A stretch of DNA of 64,000 nt from an uncultured virus (IMG/VR IMGVR_UViG_3300020166_000012). Taxonomy: Duplodnaviria; Heunggongvirae; Uroviricota; Caudoviricetes. The position numbers and the translations under genes were made by a program. Of the stretch, positions 30,278-40,156 are shown piece by piece. Numbering within the stretch: the first letter of the stretch is position 1; every line of letters starts with the position of its first letter. The notes under the pieces were generated by a model. The model had not been told where the DNA came from and searched no databases. It was given only the letters and a program-made list of their open reading frames with translations. The DNA lies in the IMG/VR virus record IMGVR_UViG_3300020166_000012; one strand, written 5' to 3'.

Positions 30278-30310
30278 AAAAAACTGGCTCGTGCAAAGCA
30301 CGGCCAGTTC
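30278..30310 (-). terminator. intrinsic terminator
   Basis: AACTGGCCGTGC-TTT-GCACGAGCCAGTT hairpin followed by a T-run. Confidence 0.7.
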
Positions 30311-30348
30311 AGTATTAATTAGTTGTTAATGTGAATAACATATGCATT

Positions 30349-30765
30349 TTATGAATCAGACAATAACCCTGGGAAGGCCTCCATTACTGTGTTGCGGGTA
30401 ATACCTTTAATAGCTTTTTTTTGAATCATGTTTAATACAATCTCTGCATCTGCTGGGTGGATAGATTCCAATAATTGCACATATAGCTTTTCGCGTTTAG
30501 CTTTAAGCATGCTGTCGCCAGGACCGCCTTTTACAAAATATCGGAATTTACTATTTTGTCTGCTCAGAGACGATGGAATAGAGTCAATTTTATTTGCTTC
30601 ATATGGCGGTATGCCAGATGGAATATTCCAAACAATATTTGAATCGTAAGATCCACGTAAAATATCTTTCAACGCCCACGATTCATGATTTTGTAAAATT
30701 TGAATCGTGTCGGCCTTTTTCTTTTCACGGGCCGCCGCGTGAATAATTTCATGAACTAATAGCAT
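30349..30765 (-). CDS. T4-like hypothetical protein downstream of rnh
   Basis: REKLYVQLLESIHPADAE motif. Confidence 0.75.
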   Translation of the reverse strand: MLLVHEIIHAAAREKKKADTIQILQNHESWALKDILRGSYDSNIVWNIPSGIPPYEANKIDSIPSSLSRQNSKFRYFVKGGPGDSMLKAKREKLYVQLLESIHPADAEIVLNMIQKKAIKGITRNTVMEAFPGLLSDS

Positions 30766-30768
30766 TTA

Positions 30769-31620
30769 TTATATAAACTCCTGTACACTTTCTAATAACA
30801 ATTTACATCGCTTCTGAATCAAATATGGGAAAACCTTTCCCCTATTACTTGAAGGGTTTTGGCTTTCATAATTATTTATAATTTCTTTAACGACAGAAAT
30901 GGGCGTTTCAGTCAAATCTATAAGTTTTTTATTTCGCATGTAGTTTCTATATGCATCTGCACCCATCGCTGCTTCCAGATTATCTGCAGCAAGCCAAGTC
31001 TCAATTTTCTTTTTAGTTAGCGGGGTTTGCCTACGGCCTTCAACAAATACATTATCATCAGATAATACATTAGGGATGCCATCACTAGCGTCACCCTTAA
31101 AAATATGTTGAGCAAAATACAACCGCGGATTATCTTCTTTTACAAACTTTTTAGTCATTGGAGAATACTGACGAATATTCTCATATTTGTGCAATTGAAT
31201 AAAATCTTTATCAGCAGAAATAATCATTACTGGCTCATGCTGACCAAACTCTTGTGTTCCTAAAGCAATATGAGCAATAGCGTCATCGGCTTCACAGCCT
31301 TCTTGATGAATTACTTTATATGGAAAATGATCACGAATTTCATCACGAATTAAATTAATAATCCGAAACGCTTCATTCCAATCAATTGTAGATTCTTCAC
31401 GCGCATTTTTGCGTTTGAATTTATATTGTGGAAATGCATCTTTACGCCAATTACCTTTACCATCCGCCACAATAACAATTTCGCCATATTCTTTACCGAA
31501 TTTTTGACGATACATTCTTATTGAATTAAGAATCATATGGCGAATAAGATTTTCATCTAAAGCTAACCGTTGCACAATAACATTACCAATAGCAACACCA
31601 TTGAAATCAATTAAAATCAT
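30769..31620 (-). CDS. rnh: T4-type RNase H / 5'-3' exonuclease
   Basis: ILIDF, EADDAI, ISADKDF.QL, GDASDGIPN. Confidence 0.95.
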   Translation of the reverse strand: MILIDFNGVAIGNVIVQRLALDENLIRHMILNSIRMYRQKFGKEYGEIVIVADGKGNWRKDAFPQYKFKRKNAREESTIDWNEAFRIINLIRDEIRDHFPYKVIHQEGCEADDAIAHIALGTQEFGQHEPVMIISADKDFIQLHKYENIRQYSPMTKKFVKEDNPRLYFAQHIFKGDASDGIPNVLSDDNVFVEGRRQTPLTKKKIETWLAADNLEAAMGADAYRNYMRNKKLIDLTETPISVVKEIINNYESQNPSSNRGKVFPYLIQKRCKLLLESVQEFI

Positions 31621-31687
31621 TATATACTCCCTATCGTTATATACTATTTTACACTATATTGATCGATAAGTAAACCCCCTAAAGGAT

Positions 31688-32146
31688 TTATTTCATTTTT
31701 GCAGCAGCTTCTTGAACTTCGGCTACATCTATAATATTTTCACTTAATAAAATTTCTCTATTTCCAAGGTGATCGCGCTCAATATCAGCTTTATTTTGCC
31801 CAAAGTATTTTACTGCATGATGTTCATCAATTAAAATAGCTGCAGCCGTTGTATCACCAATAATAAAGTCACCAAGGATTCTCCCAAATTTGCCTTTCAT
31901 ATCTTCGCCATCTTTTGCGGCAAACGTTTTAAGGATACATTCTTTTTCAAGTAATTGTTTTAACCGATTTTTTGCGGCTATACCAAAAATTTTTTCAACT
32001 TTATCACTGGTTCGGGATTCCGGAGTGTCAATTCCCATAACACGGACGCGTTCGTTTTTTAACCAGATTCCGAATCCAAGATCAATATCAACGTCTACGG
32101 TATCTCCATCAACAACCTTTACTAGGTTTGCTTTATATTCATACAT
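31688..32146 (-). CDS. staphylococcal nuclease-like (thermonuclease)
   Basis: VVDGDTVD, RVMGIDTPE, KFGRIL. Confidence 0.92.
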   Translation of the reverse strand: MYEYKANLVKVVDGDTVDVDIDLGFGIWLKNERVRVMGIDTPESRTSDKVEKIFGIAAKNRLKQLLEKECILKTFAAKDGEDMKGKFGRILGDFIIGDTTAAAILIDEHHAVKYFGQNKADIERDHLGNREILLSENIIDVAEVQEAAAKMK

Positions 32147-32149
32147 TTT

Positions 32150-32575
32150 TTAATCCTTTTTTTCTTTTAATACATGTTTGCGATGGATTTTGCCACCCAC
32201 AAAGGCATTATAGTATTCATCGGGCTTTAATAACACATCCCGCACCATTTGTTCTCTCATTTCATAATACGAGCATTCACCCTTTGATATACATAATCGC
32301 AGTATTTCTCGTTTAAATCTATCTCTTCCCGAATTTTCAACAAGCAATTTAACTTCTTCACTTGAACCATAATAGTTTTGCCAATCAGATTGTGTTACTT
32401 TAACACGCTTTCTTTTATATCCTTTTAATGGCGCCAATCTTCGAGTAGACCATAGATTTTTTTTACCAACATATTTTTTATTATTTGTTAAATCAGTAAT
32501 TAAATATACAAACCCGACGAAAGGCTTTATTTCCTCTTCCGTCGGGTTATATTCAATATCATTATAAAACCACAT
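32150..32575 (-). CDS. GIY-YIG (Seg-like) endonuclease
   Basis: GFVYLIT...KYVGKK...YYGSS...YYN; late promoter at 32607-32614. Confidence 0.85.
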   Translation of the reverse strand: MWFYNDIEYNPTEEEIKPFVGFVYLITDLTNNKKYVGKKNLWSTRRLAPLKGYKRKRVKVTQSDWQNYYGSSEEVKLLVENSGRDRFKREILRLCISKGECSYYEMREQMVRDVLLKPDEYYNAFVGGKIHRKHVLKEKKD

Positions 32576-32628
32576 GTATTATCCTTTATTCGCATCGCGA
32601 TAAATTTATTTATAATACATGTTAAGAG

Positions 32629-32781
32629 TTAATCTTCGGAGTCGTTTAGTTCATCAATCATTTCTGCTCGTATTTCGGTTCCACACATCGGGCAATGGTA
32701 TGGATCATCATCGATATCGGTTGATATTACTACTTGTGTTTCAGTTTCACAAACATCACAGTCTAAATAAAAATATTTCAT
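32629..32781 (-). CDS. 50-aa zinc-ribbon protein (not in the ORF track)
   Basis: MKYFYLDCDVC...HCPMCG. Confidence 0.75.
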   Translation of the reverse strand: MKYFYLDCDVCETETQVVISTDIDDDPYHCPMCGTEIRAEMIDELNDSED

Positions 32782-32782
32782 A

Positions 32783-34480
32783 TTAGGCCTCACATGCTGC
32801 GCATTCAGTTGATATTACTCTTTTGCGGGTCAAAGATTGTGCTGCAGACATAGAAAAACTATAATATAAACTCTTAATACCCAATTCATGAGCATACAAA
32901 TATAGCTGATTAATTTCCTTTACAGTCATATCTGGATCAAGCATTAGATTCAAGCTTTGACTTTGATCAATATATTCTTGACGGATTGCCGCTTGATCAA
33001 TAATAGTATTTGGACTAATTTCAGAAAATGTTTTAAATACTGCTTTTTCATCATCAGTTAAAATATCGAGATGCTGAACAGATCCATCTGCATTACGGAT
33101 TGCTTCCCATACTTCGGGTTTATCTTCATCTTTTTCTTGCAATAATTTTTCAAGATATGGATTCTTAATTGTTACTTTCATTTTAGCCAAATCTTTAACA
33201 TAGCAATTACTAAATTCTGGCTCTATAGATTGAGATACTTGACCCAAAATAAAACTTGATGATTTAGTTGGAGCAACAGCCATTGTAGTAGTATTGCGCA
33301 TACCATAGCCTTCAAGAAGTGGTGGTTCGCCTAAAACAATAGCCAATTCTTTTGAAGCTTCATAACTTCTTGTTCGCAATGTTTTTGCAATTTCAAGATT
33401 TAATTTGGCCGCGGCTGTGCCCTCAAAAGCAATCATATTAGACTGTAAATATGAATGCCAGCCAAGAATACCAGCGCCTAGCGCCCGGTGATTTTTTGCA
33501 AATTCCCTCGCACGAAGCAAATATGTCTGGCCTTCGGTCTTGCGAATAAATTCCTCACAGACAGTATCAAGGAACATAGTTAATGTTTCAATAGCATCTG
33601 TTTCTTTAATCTCATCCCAATGTAAAAGATTAAGTGATGATAATACACAAGTAAACGTTTCTTCATGTGAAGATGGCAAGGCAATTTCAGCACACATATT
33701 AGAAGCATATACGCGCAGATCTTTATCTTTATAAACTTGGGGCCGGCCATCATTTACATTATCGCTAAATAAAATATATGGGAAGCCAATTTCAGCTCGA
33801 CGCTGCAAAACTTTTGCCCATAATCTGCGCTTTTCTGCATCACCGGCTTTCATTTCGCGAATAAACGCATCACTTACCGTAATACCTGTTGTAAGCCCTT
33901 GGATAGGATTACCTTCTGTACCAATGTCCAGAAACTCGTCAGCATCTGGGTGTTCAATGTCTTGGTATGCCGCAAAGAAACCACGGCGAACTGAACCTTG
34001 CGATACAACTGATGCCAAAGTATCATACATCTGCATAAAGTGTACCGAACCCGAGGATTCTCCCGAATCACGAATTGGAGCACCGCGATGACGAACGGCG
34101 CCAAAGTAACCCGACGTACCACCGCCGTTTTTCATTAGCATACCGTTTTCAGCATGACCAAATAAAATAGCTTCCATATTATCGTCAATATAAGAACCAA
34201 AACAAGAAACTGGTAAGCCCCGGTTTTTGCCATAATTTGCCCATACTGGCGATGCTAATGAATAATAGCCGCGGCTCATATAATCATAAAACTTATCAGC
34301 AAAACCATCAAATTTTGATTGGTCTGATTTAGTCTTTGCCATATCTTTTAAATACCATTCTGCTTTATCCGCAATATTGCGAATACGGCTTTCTGGCTTT
34401 TCTTTTCCTTCTAAATAGCCACGTGACAAAAATGTTCGGGAATCTTCGTTTAACCAATAAAACTTTTTATATTTTTTCAT
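32783..34480 (-). CDS. nrdA: ribonucleotide reductase class I alpha subunit (no ATP-cone)
   Basis: SCF, GGGTS, SNMCAEI, APTKSSS, YY, C-terminal CAAC. Confidence 0.97.
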   Translation of the reverse strand: MKKYKKFYWLNEDSRTFLSRGYLEGKEKPESRIRNIADKAEWYLKDMAKTKSDQSKFDGFADKFYDYMSRGYYSLASPVWANYGKNRGLPVSCFGSYIDDNMEAILFGHAENGMLMKNGGGTSGYFGAVRHRGAPIRDSGESSGSVHFMQMYDTLASVVSQGSVRRGFFAAYQDIEHPDADEFLDIGTEGNPIQGLTTGITVSDAFIREMKAGDAEKRRLWAKVLQRRAEIGFPYILFSDNVNDGRPQVYKDKDLRVYASNMCAEIALPSSHEETFTCVLSSLNLLHWDEIKETDAIETLTMFLDTVCEEFIRKTEGQTYLLRAREFAKNHRALGAGILGWHSYLQSNMIAFEGTAAAKLNLEIAKTLRTRSYEASKELAIVLGEPPLLEGYGMRNTTTMAVAPTKSSSFILGQVSQSIEPEFSNCYVKDLAKMKVTIKNPYLEKLLQEKDEDKPEVWEAIRNADGSVQHLDILTDDEKAVFKTFSEISPNTIIDQAAIRQEYIDQSQSLNLMLDPDMTVKEINQLYLYAHELGIKSLYYSFSMSAAQSLTRKRVISTECAACEA

Positions 34481-34491
34481 TCTATAATTTC

Positions 34492-35775
34492 CTAAAATAA
34501 ATCATCGCAAGTAAACGCTTTTGTTTTCTTTGAATACGCGGTACTGCGCTTAACAAAAAAGTCTACATTTTTTGTACTCAAAATTTCTTCCATAAACCAG
34601 TCAGTAGTTTTGACTGCATCCATATCTACATCATATAATGGCTTCATATCAATTGCTTGGAGCGATTGATTAAACCGATATTTTAAAAATTCTTTTACTG
34701 TTTCTTTTGGCAAGAAATCTAAATCATATTCGCCATAAATCCAATCAACAATTGCAGATTCTGCTTTATATGCATCACGGCAAAGGCGATTAACTTCGCT
34801 AATACTATCTTTATCAAACCAATCTGGATTTTCTGCCCGAATAATATTTACCAGTTCAAACCCAAATCGAGCATGAATATCTTCTTCTTTTGAAGTAGCT
34901 TCTACTGCATTTGAAATACCCTTAAGCACATTTTTATGCTTGTTAAATGACATCATAATTAAAAACTGGCTAAACAAAGATACATTTTCAACAAACATTG
35001 AAAATAGAATAATTTTATGAAAATAATCTTTATTATCAACAGGAGAACCAATTGATTGTTCGAGATACGCAATACGTTTTTTCATAGCAGGCACTTCAAC
35101 AAGCTTTTCAAATTCTTCGTTAAGCCCCATTATTTCAATAAGATTTGAATAAGCATCGGCATGCCGCACTTCAGATTCGCCAAAAGTCATACCTACTGCA
35201 GACACTTCTGGTTTTGGGAATCGATCACCGATTTTAGACCAAAATGTTTTAACCGCAACTTCAATTTGAGAAATGGCTAACATAGCCTTCTTAACAATTT
35301 CAACCTCTTCGGGTTTCATATTAACTTTCATATCTTGAATATCAGATGAATAATTAAATTCAGTATGAACCCAATATGAATGACGAATAGCATCTGTGTA
35401 TTCATTAAGCTGAGGATATTCATACGGCTTTAGGTTTGTTCTTTTGCGAAAAATATCTGGTTGGTTATTAAAACGAAAACGAATATATTCACGGGCTAAA
35501 TCATGTAAGCCCATATCCATAATAACATTCTCTACAGTTGTATGAATATTATCAACCCCCACTTGAACATCAGCAGCATCATCCTCATTCAATAAATTTG
35601 TTACATCATTGGCTACTTCACCTGGGAGCAACCTGCTCCGCATTCCAACAGTTTTCATAGCTTTAGAAACCGCAAGACTAATTTTATTTTCGTCGTAGCT
35701 TTCAGTAGTGCCATCACGTTTAGTAACGTAATTAACTTTTCTTAAAAATTCTTGGGGAGTTGTTTGCAGCATCAT
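34492..35775 (-). CDS. nrdB: ribonucleotide reductase beta subunit with N-terminal ATP-cone (class Id-like)
   Basis: VTKRDG ATP-cone; QIEVAVK, ESEVRH, ENVSLFSQF, EEDIH. Confidence 0.95.
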   Translation of the reverse strand: MMLQTTPQEFLRKVNYVTKRDGTTESYDENKISLAVSKAMKTVGMRSRLLPGEVANDVTNLLNEDDAADVQVGVDNIHTTVENVIMDMGLHDLAREYIRFRFNNQPDIFRKRTNLKPYEYPQLNEYTDAIRHSYWVHTEFNYSSDIQDMKVNMKPEEVEIVKKAMLAISQIEVAVKTFWSKIGDRFPKPEVSAVGMTFGESEVRHADAYSNLIEIMGLNEEFEKLVEVPAMKKRIAYLEQSIGSPVDNKDYFHKIILFSMFVENVSLFSQFLIMMSFNKHKNVLKGISNAVEATSKEEDIHARFGFELVNIIRAENPDWFDKDSISEVNRLCRDAYKAESAIVDWIYGEYDLDFLPKETVKEFLKYRFNQSLQAIDMKPLYDVDMDAVKTTDWFMEEILSTKNVDFFVKRSTAYSKKTKAFTCDDLF

Positions 35776-35903
35776 GGCTATTCCTTCATTGGAGGTCTAA
35801 AAATAAGATAGCTATATTAACCCTTAAAATAAGAGCAAATGCTATATACTCAGTCGGATGATTTATTATATACTATTATATATCATAAGTAAATCTTTAA
35901 AAT

Positions 35904-35919
35904 TAACAATATGTAGTCT
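35904..35919. promoter_or_regulatory. possible NrdR box
   Basis: agaCTACATATTGtta resembles acaCwAtATaTwGtgt; upstream of nrdB-nrdA. Confidence 0.45.
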
Positions 35920-35959
35920 TTTAACGATTTTTTTATCAATATATGGAAAATAAATTAAT

Positions 35960-36238
35960 TTATTTTTTCTCTAGTTCTAAAATTCTATTTTCGAGTTCGT
36001 CAATTTTTTTAGTTACATGCGGATATTTTTTGCGCCAAGCATCGGTTGGTTGTTCAAACCAAGTAAACCCGTATCTATTAACTAAAAAATCTAAAAATTG
36101 ATCTAGCTTAGCATAACACCATAGGCCAACTCGGGTGTCTTTAAAATATGCTAAAAATGCAGCACCTAAGATTGCCCCCAATATACTAGTATATATCCAA
36201 AGTGTATCGTTCATAAGATCTGATATTAAAGTTGACAT
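35960..36238 (-). CDS. small membrane protein (holin candidate)
   Basis: One TM helix, basic C-terminus, directly after the spanins. Confidence 0.5.
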   Translation of the reverse strand: MSTLISDLMNDTLWIYTSILGAILGAAFLAYFKDTRVGLWCYAKLDQFLDFLVNRYGFTWFEQPTDAWRKKYPHVTKKIDELENRILELEKK

Positions 36239-36241
36239 TTA

Positions 36242-36637
36242 TTATTCTTCCAGTATTACAGCACTATCTAAAGCTTCTTCAGCCTTTTCATAGTAGTTTC
36301 TATATGCCGCAATAATAGTTTTTTGTTGTTCAACTAACTTGCGTATTTCACTAAGATTTAATCCTAAATTACTATACCCATCACCGGTTAATGCATAAAG
36401 CGCAAAGGCTTGACCATCGTTACTTAGATCTTCGATAACCTGGTCAAGATTGTTTTCATTAATAACAATCCATTCAAGAGTTTTCATATTTAATTCATCA
36501 ACTTCAGGTAAAGTCAATACGGGTTTATTAATCGGCTTCGACGATATCTGTATTTGCTGAGGTAGCGGTTTCGAGCAGGCCATCAGACTTGTAAGTATCA
36601 TAAAGCCAAGGGCATTCCTTATTAAAAGCTTCGCCAT
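36242..36637 (-). CDS. outer-membrane spanin (Rz1-like lipoprotein)
   Basis: Lipobox LMAC; overlaps the 3' end of the i-spanin. Confidence 0.7.
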   Translation of the reverse strand: MAKLLIRNALGFMILTSLMACSKPLPQQIQISSKPINKPVLTLPEVDELNMKTLEWIVINENNLDQVIEDLSNDGQAFALYALTGDGYSNLGLNLSEIRKLVEQQKTIIAAYRNYYEKAEEALDSAVILEE

Positions 36638-37043
36638 TTACAGCGGTCCTTTCTTTTTCATTTAGTTCGGCACCCGATAACAATTCAAAACATCGACCGG
36701 CGTTATATGAGCCACGATTAACCGCGCGCTCAATTCCAGCCGGATTATTAAGTGCAGCAACTGTTAAATCTATTCTTTCTAATTTATCAGCTAATAATTG
36801 GCTTTGTCTTCTTATTTTTGCATATTCGGCATTTATAGTGGTCAATTCTGCTTGTGCATCATTATAACTGTTTTGAAGAGACGCCATAGCATCTTCTTGA
36901 GTTTCTATAGCACTATTTAATTTAGCATTATTGGTTTCTAATATAATTATTGTTTGTTGCAATCTTAGGTATTCTTGGTATCCGAAATAGCCCGATACAC
37001 CTATTATAGCAAATAATGAAAGGAAAAGATACACTTTAATCAT
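36528..37043 (-). CDS. inner-membrane spanin (Rz-like)
   Basis: N-terminal TM plus coiled coil. Confidence 0.7.
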   Translation of the reverse strand: MIKVYLFLSLFAIIGVSGYFGYQEYLRLQQTIIILETNNAKLNSAIETQEDAMASLQNSYNDAQAELTTINAEYAKIRRQSQLLADKLERIDLTVAALNNPAGIERAVNRGSYNAGRCFELLSGAELNEKERTAVNGEAFNKECPWLYDTYKSDGLLETATSANTDIVEAD

Positions 37044-37055
37044 ATTTTTTAAACT

Positions 37056-37253
37056 TTATTCAATAAATTTGCGGAATCTTTTTAAGATTCTTGGTGGTTT
37101 ATCTTTACGACGGCGTTTATCAACAATAACAGTGCCAGTCGGATTATCACCGGCACCAACAACTGATTGAGTAGTAGTTCCGGCCGCAATATCTTCAGTT
37201 TTTGACAATACGGGCGCTATGGCTTGACCGTAAAGGGGCTTGATTTTTTTCAT
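37056..37253 (-). CDS. small basic hypothetical protein
   Basis: Packed ORF. Confidence 0.6.
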   Translation of the reverse strand: MKKIKPLYGQAIAPVLSKTEDIAAGTTTQSVVGAGDNPTGTVIVDKRRRKDKPPRILKRFRKFIE

Positions 37254-37261
37254 AGTATTTC

Positions 37262-37846
37262 CTATAGCAATTCTGTAGATGATATATAGATTTTTTGATT
37301 TGTTCTAATATGTACAGCCTCATATATATTTAAGCCAAATATATCTCCAATTGGATATCCATCATTAATAATACGAATTTGATCTTTAGCCCGTACTAAT
37401 TCTTCATTAGTGCTATTAACCATTTTAGGATATTTTACCTTATACATACCCGGAGATACCCGATTACCTTCTAACATAAACCATTCGCTATGTTCGTTTA
37501 AAAAATCTACGGGGTGATGACCAGTTGTTTCAATAATTTTTTGTAATCCTCTATCATCAATTTTGTATTTTTCTTTAATAAGATATAAAGCTGCAGCATA
37601 AGACCCAATAATAGAACCACCACCGGGCGCTTTAGCCATTAATCGTTTAATATTAAATACCAATTTAATAAACGGAGTATATGCAGATTTTTTTTCCGGA
37701 GAATCTATAGCTTCGCTTTTAATTCGTTTACCAGCTTTATCAATAAGACCAATTTTAAATGCTTCGGTTTTTTCAAACGGTGTTACTAATAGCTTTAAAA
37801 ATCTAATAGTATATACTAAATCTGCTGCTGATTTAAAAATTCCCAT
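37262..37846 (-). CDS. T4-like hypothetical protein
   Basis: RFLKLLVTPF..T.AF..G.ID...LVFNIKRL. Confidence 0.75.
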   Translation of the reverse strand: MGIFKSAADLVYTIRFLKLLVTPFEKTEAFKIGLIDKAGKRIKSEAIDSPEKKSAYTPFIKLVFNIKRLMAKAPGGGSIIGSYAAALYLIKEKYKIDDRGLQKIIETTGHHPVDFLNEHSEWFMLEGNRVSPGMYKVKYPKMVNSTNEELVRAKDQIRIINDGYPIGDIFGLNIYEAVHIRTNQKIYISSTELL

Positions 37847-38214
37847 TATATTGCTCTCAGTCTTTCTACAATTTCCTTATCCATTTCTATACCAAGATAT
37901 TGGTTAGGTCCAATATAATTAAGGAACAATAAAAATGGTTTTAAAACGGGCCAGTGGGCAGAAGTCATTTTATACTCTAAAATCTTAAGAGTGGCTTCTG
38001 GTCCAAAAGAGTTAAAGACTACTACCAAATGATTTAGTATTAATCTTTCACTACACCGGCCCGATTCTATATATTTATTAATCAATCTTTTTATATATTT
38101 AAATCTATTCAAATCTTCATGAAATTCATCAACATCAATACACTTAGGATTATAATAATGCTTCGCTACATATATAAGGAAATTCTTTTCATTCAACTCA
38201 TTAAATAATGTCAA
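37846..38214 (-). CDS. T4-like hypothetical protein
   Basis: YYNP...EFHEDLNRFKYIKRL...ERLILNH. Confidence 0.75.
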   Translation of the reverse strand: MTLFNELNEKNFLIYVAKHYYNPKCIDVDEFHEDLNRFKYIKRLINKYIESGRCSERLILNHLVVVFNSFGPEATLKILEYKMTSAHWPVLKPFLLFLNYIGPNQYLGIEMDKEIVERLRAI

Positions 38215-38232
38215 AGTGTTAGCCTTTATTTT

Positions 38233-39096
38233 TTAGGCGCGGTAAATCACCGTTTTATCGCCAGTAGAATTATCACCGGGTCTCGTAGTTGGACTTTTAA
38301 CGCCGTTCAAAAATGATTGAAAAGTTTTTGTGTTAACGGTTGGGCCATCAGCATATTCTGGTGTTTCAATTGTATGTTTATTAATAAAATCTGCTTCGCC
38401 CTTGCGTGTTTGCAATTGCTTTTGCCAACTATCACGTGTGATATCATTGGACTCCGGTTGCGCAGCTTCTTGAACAGATTCATCAGTATTTGATTTAGTA
38501 ATCCAATTAGAACCGTCTTTGTCGCTGGAATCATATGAGCAGTCTTCGTTTTTCGGTTTGTTAAATTCATCGCCGCACTCTTTGCATACTAAAGTTGCAT
38601 TATCAGTATCTTCATTTTTAGTTTCTGATACTTCATGATAACCGTTATTATCACAATGCTTGCAACCTTTGCCTTTGCATTCAGGGCAAACTTGACGCTC
38701 TTCATCCATAGCCTTTGCAATTGCTTTGCGGCGTTTATGAAGATATTCATCAGAAGAATCGATGTCGCCATCGTTATCAATGTCTTTGTCTTTACGGTCA
38801 TCGAATTTCTTCTTGACTGCTTTAGGCTGGACTTTATCCATACCTTCACCGTCATCAGACTTATCGTTAGTATTATCTTCGGTCTTACTCTTTTTATCCC
38901 ATGGGGCTTTTGGTAGAGTAACCTTTTCTATACCCTTTTTAGAAGCAGCACTTACTTTAGCTAACGCTTTACGCGTCGCAGCAACTGAACTTTCATCTAC
39001 GGTTTCTTCAGCAGGATTAGCCGCCGCTTCTTCCATTTGTTTTTGTTTTACTTGACCATATGTTGCGGCCAAATTTCGGATCCATTGATTATCCAT
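38233..39096 (-). CDS. charged low-complexity late protein with Zn-ribbon segments (possible head core protein)
   Basis: DIDNDGD..SSDEYLHKRRKAI, CPEC..CKHC, CKEC; several xxE-A/S sites. Confidence 0.65.
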   Translation of the reverse strand: MDNQWIRNLAATYGQVKQKQMEEAAANPAEETVDESSVAATRKALAKVSAASKKGIEKVTLPKAPWDKKSKTEDNTNDKSDDGEGMDKVQPKAVKKKFDDRKDKDIDNDGDIDSSDEYLHKRRKAIAKAMDEERQVCPECKGKGCKHCDNNGYHEVSETKNEDTDNATLVCKECGDEFNKPKNEDCSYDSSDKDGSNWITKSNTDESVQEAAQPESNDITRDSWQKQLQTRKGEADFINKHTIETPEYADGPTVNTKTFQSFLNGVKSPTTRPGDNSTGDKTVIYRA

Positions 39097-39108
39097 GATT
39101 GTATTCCT

Positions 39109-39396
39109 TTACATCCATATATTGGCGGCAACAGCCGCAATAACAGCAGTACAAACTGCCCAAAATATTTTATTAATAATAGAAATAGTTCTACTATTAT
39201 TTTCTGCTGTTTGCCCTAAATTATCTAGTTTTTCATCCATTTTATTTAATCGCTTATACATCATTGAATTATCTTTTTGGATGTTTAGAATTTTCTCTTC
39301 GGCGCGTGCCAAAGATACCATTGCTTCTGCTAGCAAATCTAATTTAACTTCTATTCGTTCTAGGCGCGATCTTTGTGACTCGTTATTATCGGACAT
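39109..39396 (-). CDS. coiled-coil protein with C-terminal TM
   Basis: RLERIE...LARAEEKI; late promoter at 39431-39438. Confidence 0.7.
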   Translation of the reverse strand: MSDNNESQRSRLERIEVKLDLLAEAMVSLARAEEKILNIQKDNSMMYKRLNKMDEKLDNLGQTAENNSRTISIINKIFWAVCTAVIAAVAANIWM

Positions 39397-39472
39397 ATAT
39401 TTAATTTCCCATGCGATAAATTATTATTGTTATTTATAATATAATATATTCAATACATATATTTTGTAATAA

Positions 39473-39712
39473 TTATTGACTACCAAATTCATGGCCGGCC
39501 ACTCGCTTCATTTGTTTATTAAATTCTTCTTGGTCCGGTTTTTTCTTGTATAGCTTAATAGAGATATTATCTTTATCTTTACCTTTAATACGCCATTTCA
39601 TACCATCCGCTTTATGTTCAGCATCAGTTGTTTTTACAACACGACGTTTATAGCCATCTTCCCAGGTTTCGGATCTTCCACCTTCGGCAATAAAAAGCTT
39701 AAATGGTTTCAT
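39473..39712 (-). CDS. putative internal head protein
   Basis: MKPFKLFIAE CTS-like N-terminus. Confidence 0.65.
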   Translation of the reverse strand: MKPFKLFIAEGGRSETWEDGYKRRVVKTTDAEHKADGMKWRIKGKDKDNISIKLYKKKPDQEEFNKQMKRVAGHEFGSQ

Positions 39713-39879
39713 TGGGATAACTCCGTCGTAGTTTCGGTTAATAAAGAAGTCTTAATTTGTAATTCTATTGGATTTGCTTCATTTAATTTAGTAGCGGATT
39801 CATTTGTAGGCTTACACTCACCACAGCAATTATCGGTACCACAATCCGGATGCTCATTCAATTGAGGATTAATTAACAT
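39709..39879 (-). CDS. small Cys-rich protein
   Basis: HPDCGTDNCCGEC. Confidence 0.55.
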   Translation of the reverse strand: MLINPQLNEHPDCGTDNCCGECKPTNESATKLNEANPIELQIKTSLLTETTTELSQ

Positions 39880-40156
39880 TTTTTTTACCCCTATTATCAT
39901 ATTCGCCCATTTTCATAACTTGTTCTTTAGCATACCATTGTGGGCTATATGTTTCATGCCAATCCCACTCGCGTGTTTTTGAATTCCACTCCAATACTTT
40001 CCACTCACCTTTATGACGAATATTTTCATCATATTGTTTTTCAATTTTAAATCTTCTACCGGTAGGAAAAGTAATTTCCTTTTCGCCGTTGGGTCCAGCC
40101 TTTTTCCATTTAGGCAATTTAACAGCTTCTGTTAAATGAGTTTTGAAACTTTTCAT
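39869..40156 (-). CDS. putative internal head protein
   Basis: MKSFKTHLTE CTS-like N-terminus. Confidence 0.65.
   Translation of the reverse strand: MKSFKTHLTEAVKLPKWKKAGPNGEKEITFPTGRRFKIEKQYDENIRHKGEWKVLEWNSKTREWDWHETYSPQWYAKEQVMKMGEYDNRGKKNVN

Noticed and set aside
32150..34480. Intron or intein in nrdA associated with the GIY-YIG gene
   Set aside because: nrdA and nrdB are uninterrupted and the nuclease gene is free-standing.
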